Source: Takakia lepidozioides (taxonomy: Eukaryota > Plantae > Bryophyta). Taken from it: a stretch of DNA of 64,000 nt. Positions 51,722-64,000 of this stretch are shown in pieces. The stretch's first letter is position 1; every line of letters begins with the position of its first letter. The DNA lies in contig CM060733.1 of NCBI GenBank assembly GCA_030704615.1, forward strand, positions 53,444,001 to 53,508,000, read 5' to 3'. The notes under the pieces are model-generated. The model saw nothing but the letters and a program-made list of their open reading frames with translations, was not told the DNA's origin and ran no database searches. Made by a program: the position numbers and the translations under genes.

Positions 51722-54389
51722 CATTTGTCATTTCCATCGCTTGTCCCCAGTTACATTCAAGGAACGAATTCTAAAAGAGGAACAAAAGCTGCGTGATTGG
51801 GAAGAATGGCGGGCGTGTCGGGAGGCTTCAAGGGCATCAAGTAGAGTTGGCAGTAACATTTCAGATGACAATGTCAGCCGGTTTCACCTTCCTGAAAGTA
51901 TCTCCGTGTCCTCTGGAGCGGAGACCGTTGCAAGTGACTGTGGTAACCGAAGGCGTCTTCGGACACATACCTTGACTGCGAGCCGTTTGGGAGGAGGCTC
52001 AGTAATATTAATGAGTTAGTATAAGCCGTAATTGTTCTATGGCTTCAGAATCTATGGCTTGTATGGCATTTAGTCCATGAACGGATGGACAGTTGACGTT
52101 CATTTTTCTGTTGGTCCATCGCCTTGAATGATATAATCTCAAATAAAATATGAATGTTTCATATCATCAATCAGATCCCGACAGACTCATTTTTCCATGT
52201 TGTCCTGTTCATCACATGCCATCATTGTTTAATATTTGGTTCTGCCATTATTCCAAGTTTGTTTGTGTATGTCATTTTGGATATCGGAGCTCTCATCATT
52301 GTTTGATTCATTGCATCCTCCCATTCCTTTTAATGAACGTCAACTTGGCAGTGGATGTTCATCTAAGACCACAATACATACTTGTATTTTTGCGTAGAAT
52401 GTGTGGAGGATTACATAATTTGTTGTTATATAGTGCACAAATAGTCAAATAATTATAGATATATCTCTTTATTTCTATTATAGATTATAATTATTCATAT
52501 CTTGTATTATTTCTGGACCAAACAAAAGTCCAGAATTAGTTAAATAGAGTTATATCTCTTATTCAAAATACAGCTCCTATATCAGATTCCCACTCGGAAA
52601 AACTTCTCAACCGCTCCCTCTCCCTAGGGAATGCCAGCCTACTGTCAGTCCAAGGATCAAAATGCCAAGCTTGGGACTCGGCTGTCAAACAGATTTTGGA
52701 CTCCCCGCCTGCCAAGAAGAGGAATGAACAGTTGGACCCTATGATCCTTGAAGCGACCTCTGGGTCTTCTGACCAAATTACCAAAAAACAAAGGGATAGT
52801 CAATTGGGAGATCAAAGTGGCAACCATCTGAGCAACCTCCACCTCCTGCCCCCCTGCCAATCCCTCGGATAATTAGTTAGTTGGAAGCAGCGAAGACTAA
52901 AAGAAAGGCTAACAACAACATTCTAAAGAAGCACCCGGTGGAACAGACTCCTAGACCAATTCCACTCCCTTCTCCCATTGCGCACAACCCGGTCATTGCA
53001 AGAATCTGTGCTAAGCTATGTACTTTCCCTACACTTGCACTCAGAGGCTGCATGCAGCTCAATTCCAGAGGAGACCCGGTGGCCACTTGTCTCACTCCAA
53101 TGATCTGTCGCAGGAAACCTAGCCCTGCATTCATCGTCACAGCTCGGATAACATGAACTTCGACTCAATCTGGATTTCAGTGCAGGATGTTCAATCTTAT
53201 GCAACAAAATCCAGGCCTACTTTCCATCTAACCTCCCACTCTACTCTCTTCTCTCCCACTCTGCTGTTACTTGGGGGTCTTACGCTGAGGCCTTCCTCGG
53301 ATTGCGCCAGGGCCTTACCCCCAACACTAACGTCATCCTAGATCTTATGGACGAAGCAGTGCTCGTCAGCAACACCAGTTCTCTTAATCCAGGGGTTTGG
53401 GCAGAGCCAGAGCACTTCGACGAGCCATGCACCCCAAGCAAGGCATTGACCAGAATAAGAGACAACGTTCACAATGCCTTTACTGTGCTCCGCACAATCC
53501 TCGAAACAGAATTGGACGAGCAGAATGAACAAATCAACCTACGACCTAATTGGCTCCATATCCACCTCCAGCTCCTCCGACCTGCAAATCTCTCAGTTCC
53601 TGTCTCAGCAGGCGCCGCCCTCCTCCCAGCAGCCCTTGAGGTCCATTAGGCCTCCACTCTCTATGCAGTCCCCGCTGCCCTCACCAACACCTGCGCCAAT
53701 CACATCATCCCCTATTCCTAAGTCGCCAAGAAACCAGAGCGTCATCCCTCCCTTCTCCATGCCTTCCGAGCAACATGGGGCAAGCATGGGATCATTTGTA
53801 GCTGCGCTCATGATCTCACCTATATATGGGCGGACAGAATCCCCTCCTGCTGGCATGGACACATAGGTCACCTTTTTGGCTTCCCCACAATTTGAGAGAT
53901 CCGAAGTCAATTGGAAGCACGTCAAGCCTTCCTTAGCAGCCAGACTCCACTTCCATAGATAAATCTCTCGGTCCTTTATATTCCTCCTCCTCGTAGCTTC
54001 ACTCCCCTTCTTCCCCTCTAGGCCTCTCTCCCCTTCACCCCCTCTCGCTCCTACCACAGTTCCTGCTACCCTCCGCCTCTCTCTCAAGGGTTCATAGTCA
54101 CTCCGTTCTGTCCTCAGCTTTTGCTAGGGCATTCGTTCGTTCGGCCTCTTCTTCTCTGCCCACTAATGGTTATCGCATGGTCTCCATGCCCAAGTATTGC
54201 AACATTCCGTTATGGTAACACTGCGTTCTGACGAGACTGTTGGCCTCCTAGTCCTCATGGTGTCGATTTTTAAGGTCATTTTTAAAAGTCCATGGTGTCC
54301 TCGTTCTTCGCTATTGTTCGAGAGTTCTCCAACAACTCTCCAACACGGCATACCGTGAGAATAAGCCTTATGGCAGCCTATGGGCAATC

Positions 54390-55431
54390 AAGGGTTTAAT
54401 TTTTTTCCCTTTAATAATCTTTCAATACATCTAGGGCCTCTGTCCCCTGTTCCCTTTCAAAAAAAACATTTATATATCTTAAATATATACATATATATAA
54501 ATTATAAATTAAAGTACTTTAGAATTAACCATCACAGTATATATATATTTTTAAGGGAATCGCCTGGGAGCGACTTCTCACAAATCAGGCCCCTTGATAG
54601 AGAGAGGAGAAAATAACCTCTCGGTAACCTCGCCGTAAGGCTTTTAGATGCGACACCGCGCAGGGAAGGGGGAGAAGACCGTACCAAACTCGTCAAGTAG
54701 CAGGATTTGACCCTGGGGTCATCCGGATGGCACTTAGTGCACTTTACCAACTGAGCTACTGACTATTTCATTCTTTTGTACATCAAGTATGTATATGTCT
54801 ATTGTATACTAGGGCTTCTTGTTGCTCCGCACTACTAGCGACGACTTCTAAGAACAACATCCATATAGATGGGCTATATTCAAGTTTTATGAACAGATGA
54901 ACATTTATTGGCTTGTAGAGAGAGACAACCTTACATGTCAAGCCTCGGATTGGTGTGTTGTGCTGATCCTTTCTTCTTATATTTTGCCGAAACAAGAGAG
55001 CCCATTGCAATTTAGGTTCCTTCATATTGTTAATCGTTACTCGTTAATCGATTGATGATCTGTTCATTTTATGTTTGATGTTTACAAAATCATCCGATGT
55101 TGTGCTTATCTCTACCATCGTACCTGAGCATATGCTTGAGTTTTTTTGTGACGAAGAGTTTTGCACTCATCTAGGTTCACAACGGTGTTAGGTTGCTAAC
55201 AAAAGAAAAACCTTGCCAACAAATTGAAAGTGGCAAAGAATGATTTCTCAAGTACTTCAGCTCAAAGCCCAAAATTTATTTCATTTGATATCAATTCGAC
55301 CGGTGTAATAATGACTGTGGCTCATTTTGATACAACAAGTTAGTAGATTTGGATTTTTTTTTTCGTTTTGTTTTTTGGAAAAGGGGACGATGGCCCTGGA
55401 AATTTATTAAAAGTGAAAAAATTAAACCCTT
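54390..55431. mobile_element. MITE-like element with imperfect TIRs, containing a SINE
   Basis: AAGGGTTTAATTTTTT...GGGCC.CTGTCCCCT matches the inverted AGGGGACGATGGCCC...AAAAAATTAAACCCTT. The GGGCC.CTGTCCCCTGTT motif is shared with the 25.7-26.4 kb minisatellite. No clear TSD. Confidence 0.55.
54560..54765 (-). mobile_element. tRNA-derived SINE
   Basis: Minus strand shows TAGCTCAGTTGG (A box, 54747-54758) and GGTCAAATCC (B box, 54703-54712), followed by a non-tRNA body. Confidence 0.65.
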
Positions 55432-55784
55432 ACCTAATGCATTTGGATTATGAATGTTGTTTATATGATATCTTTTTCATTTTTATTTTCAATTGGTTTA
55501 GATTTCAAATCATTTGGATTTTCATTTAATGTCACAGTTCCATGAAAAAGCTTTGTTGTTTTCTAGTTAATGCATATTTGTTCCAACGTTCATCATGTAT
55601 TTTGTCTTTAATTAAAAGACAAAATATTAATTTGCATTAATATTTTGTTTTTCCATATTATTTGAAGTTATACACATGCTCAAGTTATTTTGATAAAAAT
55701 CTTTGTCTTGATATATGGATATTTTGTTCTGCCACTTTTTGATACCATCTCTCTATCATTTTCACTCGTGCGACAACCAGCATG

Positions 55785-55886
55785 TAACCCAGTGGTAATG
55801 GGCACATACCACGTTGGATGTGGTTGTGGGTTCAAACCACGATTTAGTGTGCCATGAAGGTGTCCTTAGGAAGGTAGTAGCCCTTC
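55785..55886 (+). repeat. tRNA-derived SINE-like fragment
   Basis: TAACCCAGTGG and GGTTCAAACC boxes; homologous to 4887-4990. Confidence 0.5.
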
Positions 55887-56179
55887 GGGGTGAAGTGACT
55901 CCATAAGTTACGCTTCCTTCGGGAGGTGTCATACTTTTTTCACTCGAGCTGTGCAAAATTGGATGCCATCCTTGGGGCTGGTATATGTCCAAAAGAAGTC
56001 TATGAGATTTGTAAGTATGTCAGTCTGAATATTACAAAACAGTCTCCTCTAATATGGGCACTTGGTTGTATGTGGTAGGCACTGTGTCTTGAATCTTGGG
56101 CCATGCAGCTTTACTATATGTTTTAATTAAGGGACCATTAAAATTGTTAGTATTGCCAGCCTCATGTACACCTACTCAA

Positions 56180-58330
56180 AAGATACCAGCACATCTAAGG
56201 TGGTTATCCTGTTGGAATACATATCCAACAGGGTATTTTCGAGAATGCTATCTTGCACAATTCCACCTTTCAGGATGTCAGCACTGAGCATGCACCAGTC
56301 TGACCTTCTCCAGGGCTGCCAGGCTGGCACAAGCATGGATAACACAAATGAATGTGACCTGGTCAGGTTACTCTTCTTCCTGTATCATTTGCTCGGAAAT
56401 CTCCAAACCCTCCCTACCACATCAATGCTGGGCATATCCTGCAATCATGGCATTCCATGAGATCGCACTTCTTTGACCCATGTTGTCAAACACTCGACGT
56501 GCATCAGTTATGCTCCAGCATTTGGCATACATGTCCACCAGGGCAGTGTCCAGAATGATATCTGGCTCTATTCCGGCTTTCATGATGTCAGCATGGACCT
56601 CTTTGCCCTTCTCTAGGGCTGCGAGGCTGGGGGAAGCCTTCAGCACACAAACAAACATGACTTGATTGGGTGTCACCCTTTCCTGTATATTTGCTCGTAG
56701 ATCTCCAAAGCCTCCCTACCACACGAATGCTGGGCATATCCTGAAATTATTGCGTTCCATGAGACCACACTGCGTTGGGCTATCTTGTCAAACACTTGAC
56801 GGGCCTCCTCAATGTTCCCGCATTTGGCATACATGTCAAGCAAGGCAGGTTCTATCTGGCACAATTCCAGCCTTTTGAATGTCAGCAAGGACCTCCTTGC
56901 CCATCTCCCAGGCTGCGAGGCTGGCACAGACATTGGCAACACAGACATGTGACCTTGTCATGGGTCACCCCTTGCTGAATCATTTGCTCATAGGTCTCCA
57001 AAGCCTCCCTACCACACCCATGCTGGGCATATCCTGTGATCATTGTCTTCCATGCGACCACACTGCGTTGAGCCATATTGTCAAACACATGACGGGCATC
57101 CTGTATGTCGCCGCATTTGGCATACATGTCAACTAGGGCAGTATCTAGAACAATATCTGTCACAATTTTAGCTTTCATGATGTCAGCATGGACAACTTTG
57201 CCCTTCTCTAGGGCTGCCAGGCTTGCACAGTCATTGACAATGCAGATGAACATGACCTGGTCCGGTGTCACCACTTCTTGTATCATTTTCTTCTCCAAAG
57301 CCTCCTTACCAAACCCATGCTGGGCAAATCCTGCAATCATTGCACTCCATGACACCACATTTCGTGTATCCATTTTTTCAAACACTCTGTTTGCATCATA
57401 TATACTGCCACATTTGCAATAAATGTCGATGAGGGCAGGTCGAGTATGGTATCTGGCACAATTTCGGATTTCGTGATATCAGCATGGACCCCTTTGCCCT
57501 TCTCCAGCACTGCCAGGCTGGCACAACCACCAAGAACGCAAATGAATGTAACTTGGTTCGGTGTCACCTTTTCCTGTATCATTTGCTCATCGGTCGCCAA
57601 AGCCTCCCTAAGACTCACTCTTGTCCATCATCCCCCATGGAAAGAAAAACATATCAGTTCTGCCAGAATCCCTGTCCTCTACTGAAAAGAAGTAGGCCCA
57701 GATACCAAGTTAATTTCAGCAGAAGTTTAGATATTTGGTACCGATGCAGTGAGAAAGAATGGCACAAGGCCAGCTGCAACATCAGCCCATATAGCTTTTG
57801 CAAGCACTGCTGGTGACAAGGTAGTTTGTAGAGGCATCTGTTTGTAGTGGTAAAAAATTGTTCATGTTGATGCCAGTTATCTGTATACGATCACAAAGAA
57901 AGTTAGACAACGGGTACGTAAGGTCCAACCAGAAAGAAGAATAAAATACAGGAGAGGAAGCAGGGAGGGGTAGTAAGAGCCTGGGGAGGATCTGTTGATT
58001 CTTGTGCGAGATGTCTACATGGCAGGCCTTTTGCACACATGAATGGCCTTGATCCGAAGTGCATGACAAGCTTACCCAGCGCTTCAGCCTCAGATATGCC
58101 ATATGCTGGCACATGCATTGAGGATGCAAATGAATGTGACCCCGTTGGGAGTCATTCCTTCCTGTTGCATTAGCTCATACATCTTGAAAGCCTCCCTACC
58201 ATACACTATGCTTGGCATATCCTGCTATCATTATATTTCATGAAGACATATCTCGGTCAGGCATTCTTTCAAACACTTGTTTCCAGTCTATGACATGGAT
58301 GAGCAATCATGGATAACCTCAAGGATTTAC
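56180..58330 (-). pseudogene. PLS PPR motif array, pseudogenised
   Basis: Repeated VSWNAMIAGYAQHG, VTPNQVTFICVL, LEKGKEVHADI, ALVDMYAKCG; frameshifts and an internal insertion at ~57615-58010. Confidence 0.9.
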
Positions 58331-58649
58331 CCACTCTCTATGTTCACCAACTTTCATGCCCTCGAGGCTGAGCCTAAAGCTTCCCCAGCCCCGTTGGGGT
58401 CTCATAGCTGGCAGCTCACACACAACATCTTCATTTGTATATTAAGGAGAAGTGGCAGACTGACATGATGCTACACACTACTAGTGCTAAAATTGCTCGT
58501 GCAGAAAGATGTTAATCAGGACATGAGATAAGAGAAAAAGATCAAGGTTCACCTTGTAAAAGATTGCGGCCACGGCCACCTCAATTGTAGAAGCCACCAC
58601 TGCTAGACCTTCCTCTCATGTCTGATAACTCCTTGTTTGGTCAACCCTA

Positions 58650-61600
58650 CAAAACCAATTTCTCATCACTAATCACATACCTTGAACTGCCTGTGAACGA
58701 ACCAAAGCTTCTCCTCATCTCTGTTTTTGTCAAAGTCAATCCAAACCACCACAGATCCACCCAACGAGCTAACTTACAAAATTCAATATGCATCTCAGGG
58801 CCGAGTCTGATGAGAGGGAAAAACAGGCTGAAATAGGTCGAAAAGCTTGTGTCTGTAGTCAGGTAATGGTGGATTGGTCTGTGAGAACCACCACGGTGCA
58901 GCAGAGCAGGCAGAGATTGAAAACCATGCACCTCTTTGCCCTTTTCCAGGGCTGCCAGGCTTGCACATGCATTGCAAATGCACACAAACGTGATGTGGTT
59001 GGGCTTCACCCCTTCCCCCATCATTTGATCATAGGTCTCCAAAGCCACCAACCCATGTCCCTGCTGTGCATACCCTGCAAGCATCGCGTGCCAGGACACA
59101 ACATCTTGTTCAGCCATAGTGTTGAAAACTCCCTTCGCATCCTTGGCGTGAATCCACTTTGGATAATGTGAATGTGCACCTGCTTTCTAGCTTCCAGACC
59201 TTTGATCTTGATGCACTTAAGCAAGAGACAGACAAACGTATCTAAATCTGCTGAAATGCCTCCCACATTTGGCAGACATGTCCACGAGCGTATTGTTCAG
59301 AATGACATCTGGTACAATTTTTCCAGGGCTGCCAGACTTGCAAACGCACAGATGTGATGTGGTCGGGCTTCACCCCTTCCACCATCATTTGTTCATAGGT
59401 CTCCAAAGCCTCCATCCCGCACCCCTGCTGTGCATACCCTGCAAGCATCGCGTTCCACGACACCACATTTCATTCAGCCATATTGTTGAACACTACCTTC
59501 GCATCCTCGATGCTCCCACATTTGGCATACATGTCCACGAGGGCATTGTTCAGAATGACATCAGGTACAATTCCAGCCCTGACAATGTCGCCATGGGCCT
59601 CTTTGCCATTTTCCAGAGCTGCCAGGCTTGCACATGCATTGCAAACGCACACAAAAGTGATGTGGTTGGGCTTCACCCCTTCCCCCATCATTTGCTCATA
59701 GGTCTCCAAAGCCTCCACCCCACGTCCCTGCTGTGCATACCCTGCAAGCAGCGCGCTCCACGACACCACATCTCATTTAGCCTGCATATTGTTGTTCAAA
59801 ACTGCCTTTGCATCCTTAATGCACCCACATTTGGCATACATGTCCACCAAGGCAGTATTCAGAATGACATCTGGTACAATTCCAGCTTTGACGATGCAAC
59901 CATGGACCTCTTTGCCCTTTTCCAGGGCTGCCAGGCTTGCACATGCATTGCAATCACACACAAACATGATGTGTTTGGGCCACCCCTTCCCCATCATTTG
60001 ATCATAGGTCTCCAAAGCCACCATCCCACGTCCCTGCTGTGCATACCCTGCAAGCATCGCGTGCCACGACACAAAACTCCCTTCGCATCTGGTACAATTG
60101 CAGCTTTCGCGATGCAACCATGGGCCTCTTTGCCCTTTTCCAGGGCTGCCAGGCTTGCACACGCATTGCAAACGCAAACAAACGTGATGTGGTTGGGCTC
60201 CACCCCTTCCCACATCATTTGATCATAGGTCTCCGAGCCACCATCCCACGTCCCTGCAAGCATCGCGTGCCACGACACCACATCTTGTTCAGCCATAGCG
60301 TTGAAAACTCCCTTCGCATCCTCAATGCACCCACATTTGGCATACATGTCCACCAGGGCAGTGTTCAGAATGCTTTGACGATGTCACCATGGACCTCTTT
60401 TCCCCTTTTCCAGAGCTCCCAGGCTTGCACACGCATTGCAATCACAAACAGATGTGATGTGGTTGGGCTTCACCCCTTCGTGCAGCATTTGCTCATAGGT
60501 CTCCAAAGCATTTCTACCACACCCATGCTTGGTAAATCCTGCCAACATTATATTCCACGTGATCAAAGATCGATCGTTGAGGCATTCGGTTGAACACTTG
60601 GTGAGCATCCATGATGCTCCCGCACTTAACACATACATGTTGACAAGGGTGTTAAGGAGAAAAACACTTGGCGTGAATCCACTTTGGATAATGTGAGTGT
60701 GCACCTGCTTTCCAGCTTCCAGACCTTTCATCTTGATGCACTTAAGCAAGAGACAGACAAACGTATCTGAATCTGTTGGAATGCCTCCGACATTTGGCAT
60801 ACATGTCCATGAGGGTATTGTTCAGAATGACATCTGGTACAATTCCAGCTTTCCCAATGCAACCATGCACCTCTTTGCCCTTTTCCAGGGCTGCCAGGCT
60901 TGCACATGCAAACAAACGTTATGTGGTTGGGCACGGGCGTCGCGTACACCACACCTTTTCCAGAGATCCCAGGCTTGCACACGCATTGCAGACACAAACA
61001 AATGTTGAGCTTTTTTCTCCTCATCTCTGCTATCTGTTTTTGTCAAAGTCATTCCAAACTACCACAGATCCACCCAACGAGCTAACTTACAGAATTCAAT
61101 ATGCATCTCAGGCCGAATCTGATGAGAGGGAAAAACAGGCTGAAATAGGTCGAAGAAGAAGGTGCCTTCACCACATTGTCCTTGACAATTCAGTATGCAT
61201 CTCAGGGCAGAGTCTGATGAGAGGGCAAAACAGGCTGAAATAGGTCGAAGAAGAAGGTGCCCTCACCACATTGGCCTTGACCTATGCGAATTGCGTCTGC
61301 TACTCTCTGTCATCTAACAGGCATTCAACTTTTTGCCTCGGTTGTCCCACCATTGACTGGGGTCAGAATTCAACATGGAAATTTAGGGCTGATCATGAAT
61401 ATATCCTCAGCCTTGCTGCTAGCAGCTGACACTGACGTCGTGAAATTCTTCCAACAAACACCCCAACCCTACTTATTACAGTAGCACCCAACGAGCTAAC
61501 TTACAGAATTCGATATGCATCTCAGGGCCGAGTCTGATGAGAGGGCAAAACAGGCTGAAATAGGTCGAAGAAGCATGTGCCCTCACCACATTGTCCTTGA

Positions 61601-61760
61601 CATTGTGCCATGACCCATGGAGGATTTGACCGACCATCAACCCAAAAGGACCTCTTGTGTGTGCTGCTTCCGGTAATGTCGGATTGTTATGTGAGAACCA
61701 CCACGGTGCAGCTGAGCAGGCAGTGATTGAAACACGGCCTGCTAAGACCAAGCTGACTAT
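58650..61760 (-). pseudogene. Scrambled PLS PPR pseudogene array with a duplicated N-terminal segment
   Basis: Several ~300-bp P-L-S triplets of high nucleotide similarity. CLLLKCIK.KGLEA.KQVH occurs twice. The leader segment repeats at ~58760, 61075, 61195 and 61490. Confidence 0.9.
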
Positions 61761-62040
61761 CCCAAGAACCTTGTAAACATCAGGAAGAATACCAAATCAT
61801 GGTACTAACAGGAGCCGCCGAGAGACCACATTTGCAGGATGGACAAACTCTTCACATCGTACATTAAGCAAAAGCCACACCTTGCGATTGCGGTTGTCCC
61901 ACCATTGTGCAAATTCCTGTGAGAGCTCCTGCGATGTACTCATAATCTGCAAATGGAAATGTCTCCATCTGCGATCGGACGAGGGGGCATCATCCTCCCT
62001 TCCCCGCGCACATTTCTCCCGGGTTTTTTTTTTTCCCGTT

Positions 62041-62155
62041 ATTTTTGGGCAGTCCGGGTAGATAGACGACGTACGAAACGTGGCGACGACGATGACGTGG
62101 CACTATGGCACCCTATTCCTACTCTACGCTAAACTAGCTCTCGACCTTCGGTCGT
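62041..62155 (-). repeat. Right arm terminus of the long inverted repeat (pairs with 29356-29517)
   Basis: ...CCCTATTCCTACTCTACGCTAAACTAGCTCTCGACCTTCGGTCGT. Confidence 0.9.
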
Positions 62156-64000
62156 AGTTAGAATTTCATTATATCTCACAAATGCACAATCAATATGGAT
62201 TAGAATCCACCCATCTTTACATTGCCGATAAGCTCTTTTTTTTTTTTTTTTTTTTAAAAACCAGAACAGATAAGCTTTTGATAGAGATATTATAGAAAGA
62301 TTACACATGTATGTCTTTATCTTATCTTCAAGTTACATTTGTACGACTGCAAAGTTTGTGTTGTATAATTTTGTTAAGTTCTACATGAATAAATGTTAAT
62401 AGCCCCAGTAAACGCCATGTGGAAATAATCTATTTGACAGTTGGTGGTTAGTTTACATATTTGTCAATTTCAACTCCTTGTTTGTTGACTTTCAACTACC
62501 TTCGTGTTTTTTTTCAAATCATGCACCGCCGTGTGTAGGAGACAATGATTCATTCGGTTGCAGTGTGAGAGTATGGACTCTAAAGAGTAGGGTCACAACT
62601 TATAGCCATGGAGCTACCAGCCTTCACCTTTTGTCATCCACCGGTACAATATCCCATTTTTTCTTATTGTGTTTCAACCTATATGTACCTCTACAAGTTG
62701 TAATTAAGTAATGAAGTCAGATAACATCTGAACGAAGTGAGTACATATGTGACAACATCTAGTTTTAGATCTAGATTATAATGATACAAGAAGCGTTTGG
62801 TACAAAACCTTATTACGTGCCAACAACACTATTTCTCATACAATATTATTTTGATTGATGGTTGTGTGTGGCAGGAGCAACCACGCCGCAAATCCCAATC
62901 TTTAAATTTCTCAGAAGATGGGTATCCCCAGGTGCGAACCATGGGAAGGATGAAAGAGGTGCTAGTCAATGATACCCAAGAAAATTACGAGAATGCTGGC
63001 GCATGCTATGCATGTGTAAAACAATCTAGCGGACCCCAACCCACTTGGTTGAAATACGACCGTCAGGCAAACTCCGACTCCTGCATGCTTATATATAGAA
63101 AAGAGGCAGTGATACATCAATTGTGTTTTCAACTTTTGCAGATTGGGGGTCTTACAAATTCATTAAGAGAAAAATAAAAAATGTGATGGGTTCCTATCAG
63201 ATATGTGTGAGAGAGAAACATGTATGCATTGATGAGAAAAACTGGACATCCACACAAGTATGATGATATCACACTCATAAAAAGGATATGGATAGTATGC
63301 AACAAAATATATATATGCATATGAAATTAAAGATTCCAGCAGAAGTAATATTTTGAATACAACCTACCATTAGGTCTACATTTTCCATTCAAATTAAGTT
63401 CAATCAATGAAATTTTATGTCCATATAGTTTTGAAATTGGTTGAAATTTCACAATTGAAAACATTTGTGGGTATATAGGTCTTGCGATTCTTCGGCTATT
63501 TTAAAGAGCAAGTTGATGAACGGATGGAGGAGAACTATCGCATTCGGAAATGTACATTGTATTACTATCTTGCCGATGGCATGATTCACATTGGGGTACT
63601 AGACTACACTATCAATATTATGCAATGAGAGATCACCACCTCCAAAGTGTATTTGCCGAAGTATAAAAAATGGTTCAATATACTATGGCAATATAACCTC
63701 AAAATATTTTCTCAACGATGAAGTGTACATCATGGATCCCTACTTAGTGATGGTATTACACGTCTAAAACCACCGATAAGGATTATCATTATTATTACTT
63801 TTATTACTTTTGAAATAATTCTTGGGGTCTCACTACTTGAAGACAGAGTAATCTTTGGTGTGATGTTGAAATGAGGTTGTCATGAGATAAAAATCATTGG
63901 TCTTACGTGTAATTGGAACCCATGCCAACTTGAAAGTTGATAATGACTGGATATATAATATTGAGCATAAAAAGAAATTGGTCTAAAATTAAGCTACGTA

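Noticed and set aside
52563-54360. Possible retroelement ORF1 or host gene
   Set aside because: Fragmented frames with no recognisable domain.
54690-54765. Functional tRNA gene
   Set aside because: A and B boxes are present but there is no convincing acceptor or anticodon stem; a SINE head fits better.
59269-60222. 317-aa plus-strand ORF
   Set aside because: Antisense shadow of the minus-strand PPR repeats.
62797-63177. 126-aa ORF
   Set aside because: No motif or splice support; AT-rich intergenic context.

Overview
Land-plant nuclear DNA, probably from a bryophyte or other seed-free plant. That call is inferred from the Tcn1-like chromovirus, the PHD-bearing gypsy fragment and the abundant PLS-DYW PPR sequence. 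Only two ordinary host genes are visible: the 3' end of a TLDc-type gene (123-559) and a two-exon conserved plant protein (6954-8992). The rest is nested mobile DNA. (i) An internally deleted endonuclease-encoding Helitron (Helentron-like: OTU, DUF6570-like, PIF1 C-terminus, EEP endonuclease) is split by a full-length decayed Ty3/gypsy chromovirus (13547-20724, TSD AGATT), which itself carries a solo LTR (17576-18302, TSD CTATT). (ii) A LINE fragment is split by a non-autonomous TIR element with a ~9-bp TSD. (iii) A 32.8-kb block (29356-62155) is bounded by inverted repeats that end in a CGACC-GAA-GGTCG hairpin next to CTAG, and each arm leads into PPR (RNA-editing-factor-like) pseudogene arrays. 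(iv) Inside that block lies a multi-gene, Mutator-like cluster: a GCM-like/DDE/SWIM transposase, a divergent intron-containing gene with a ParB/Srx-like DGNHR motif whose introns hold an array of 22-bp palindromes, two FCP1/NIF-type HAD phosphatase homologues, and an adjacent Ulp1-like protease remnant. An N-gap at 42770-43269 limits linkage claims across the cluster. All domain calls come from motif recognition by eye; no database search was run.
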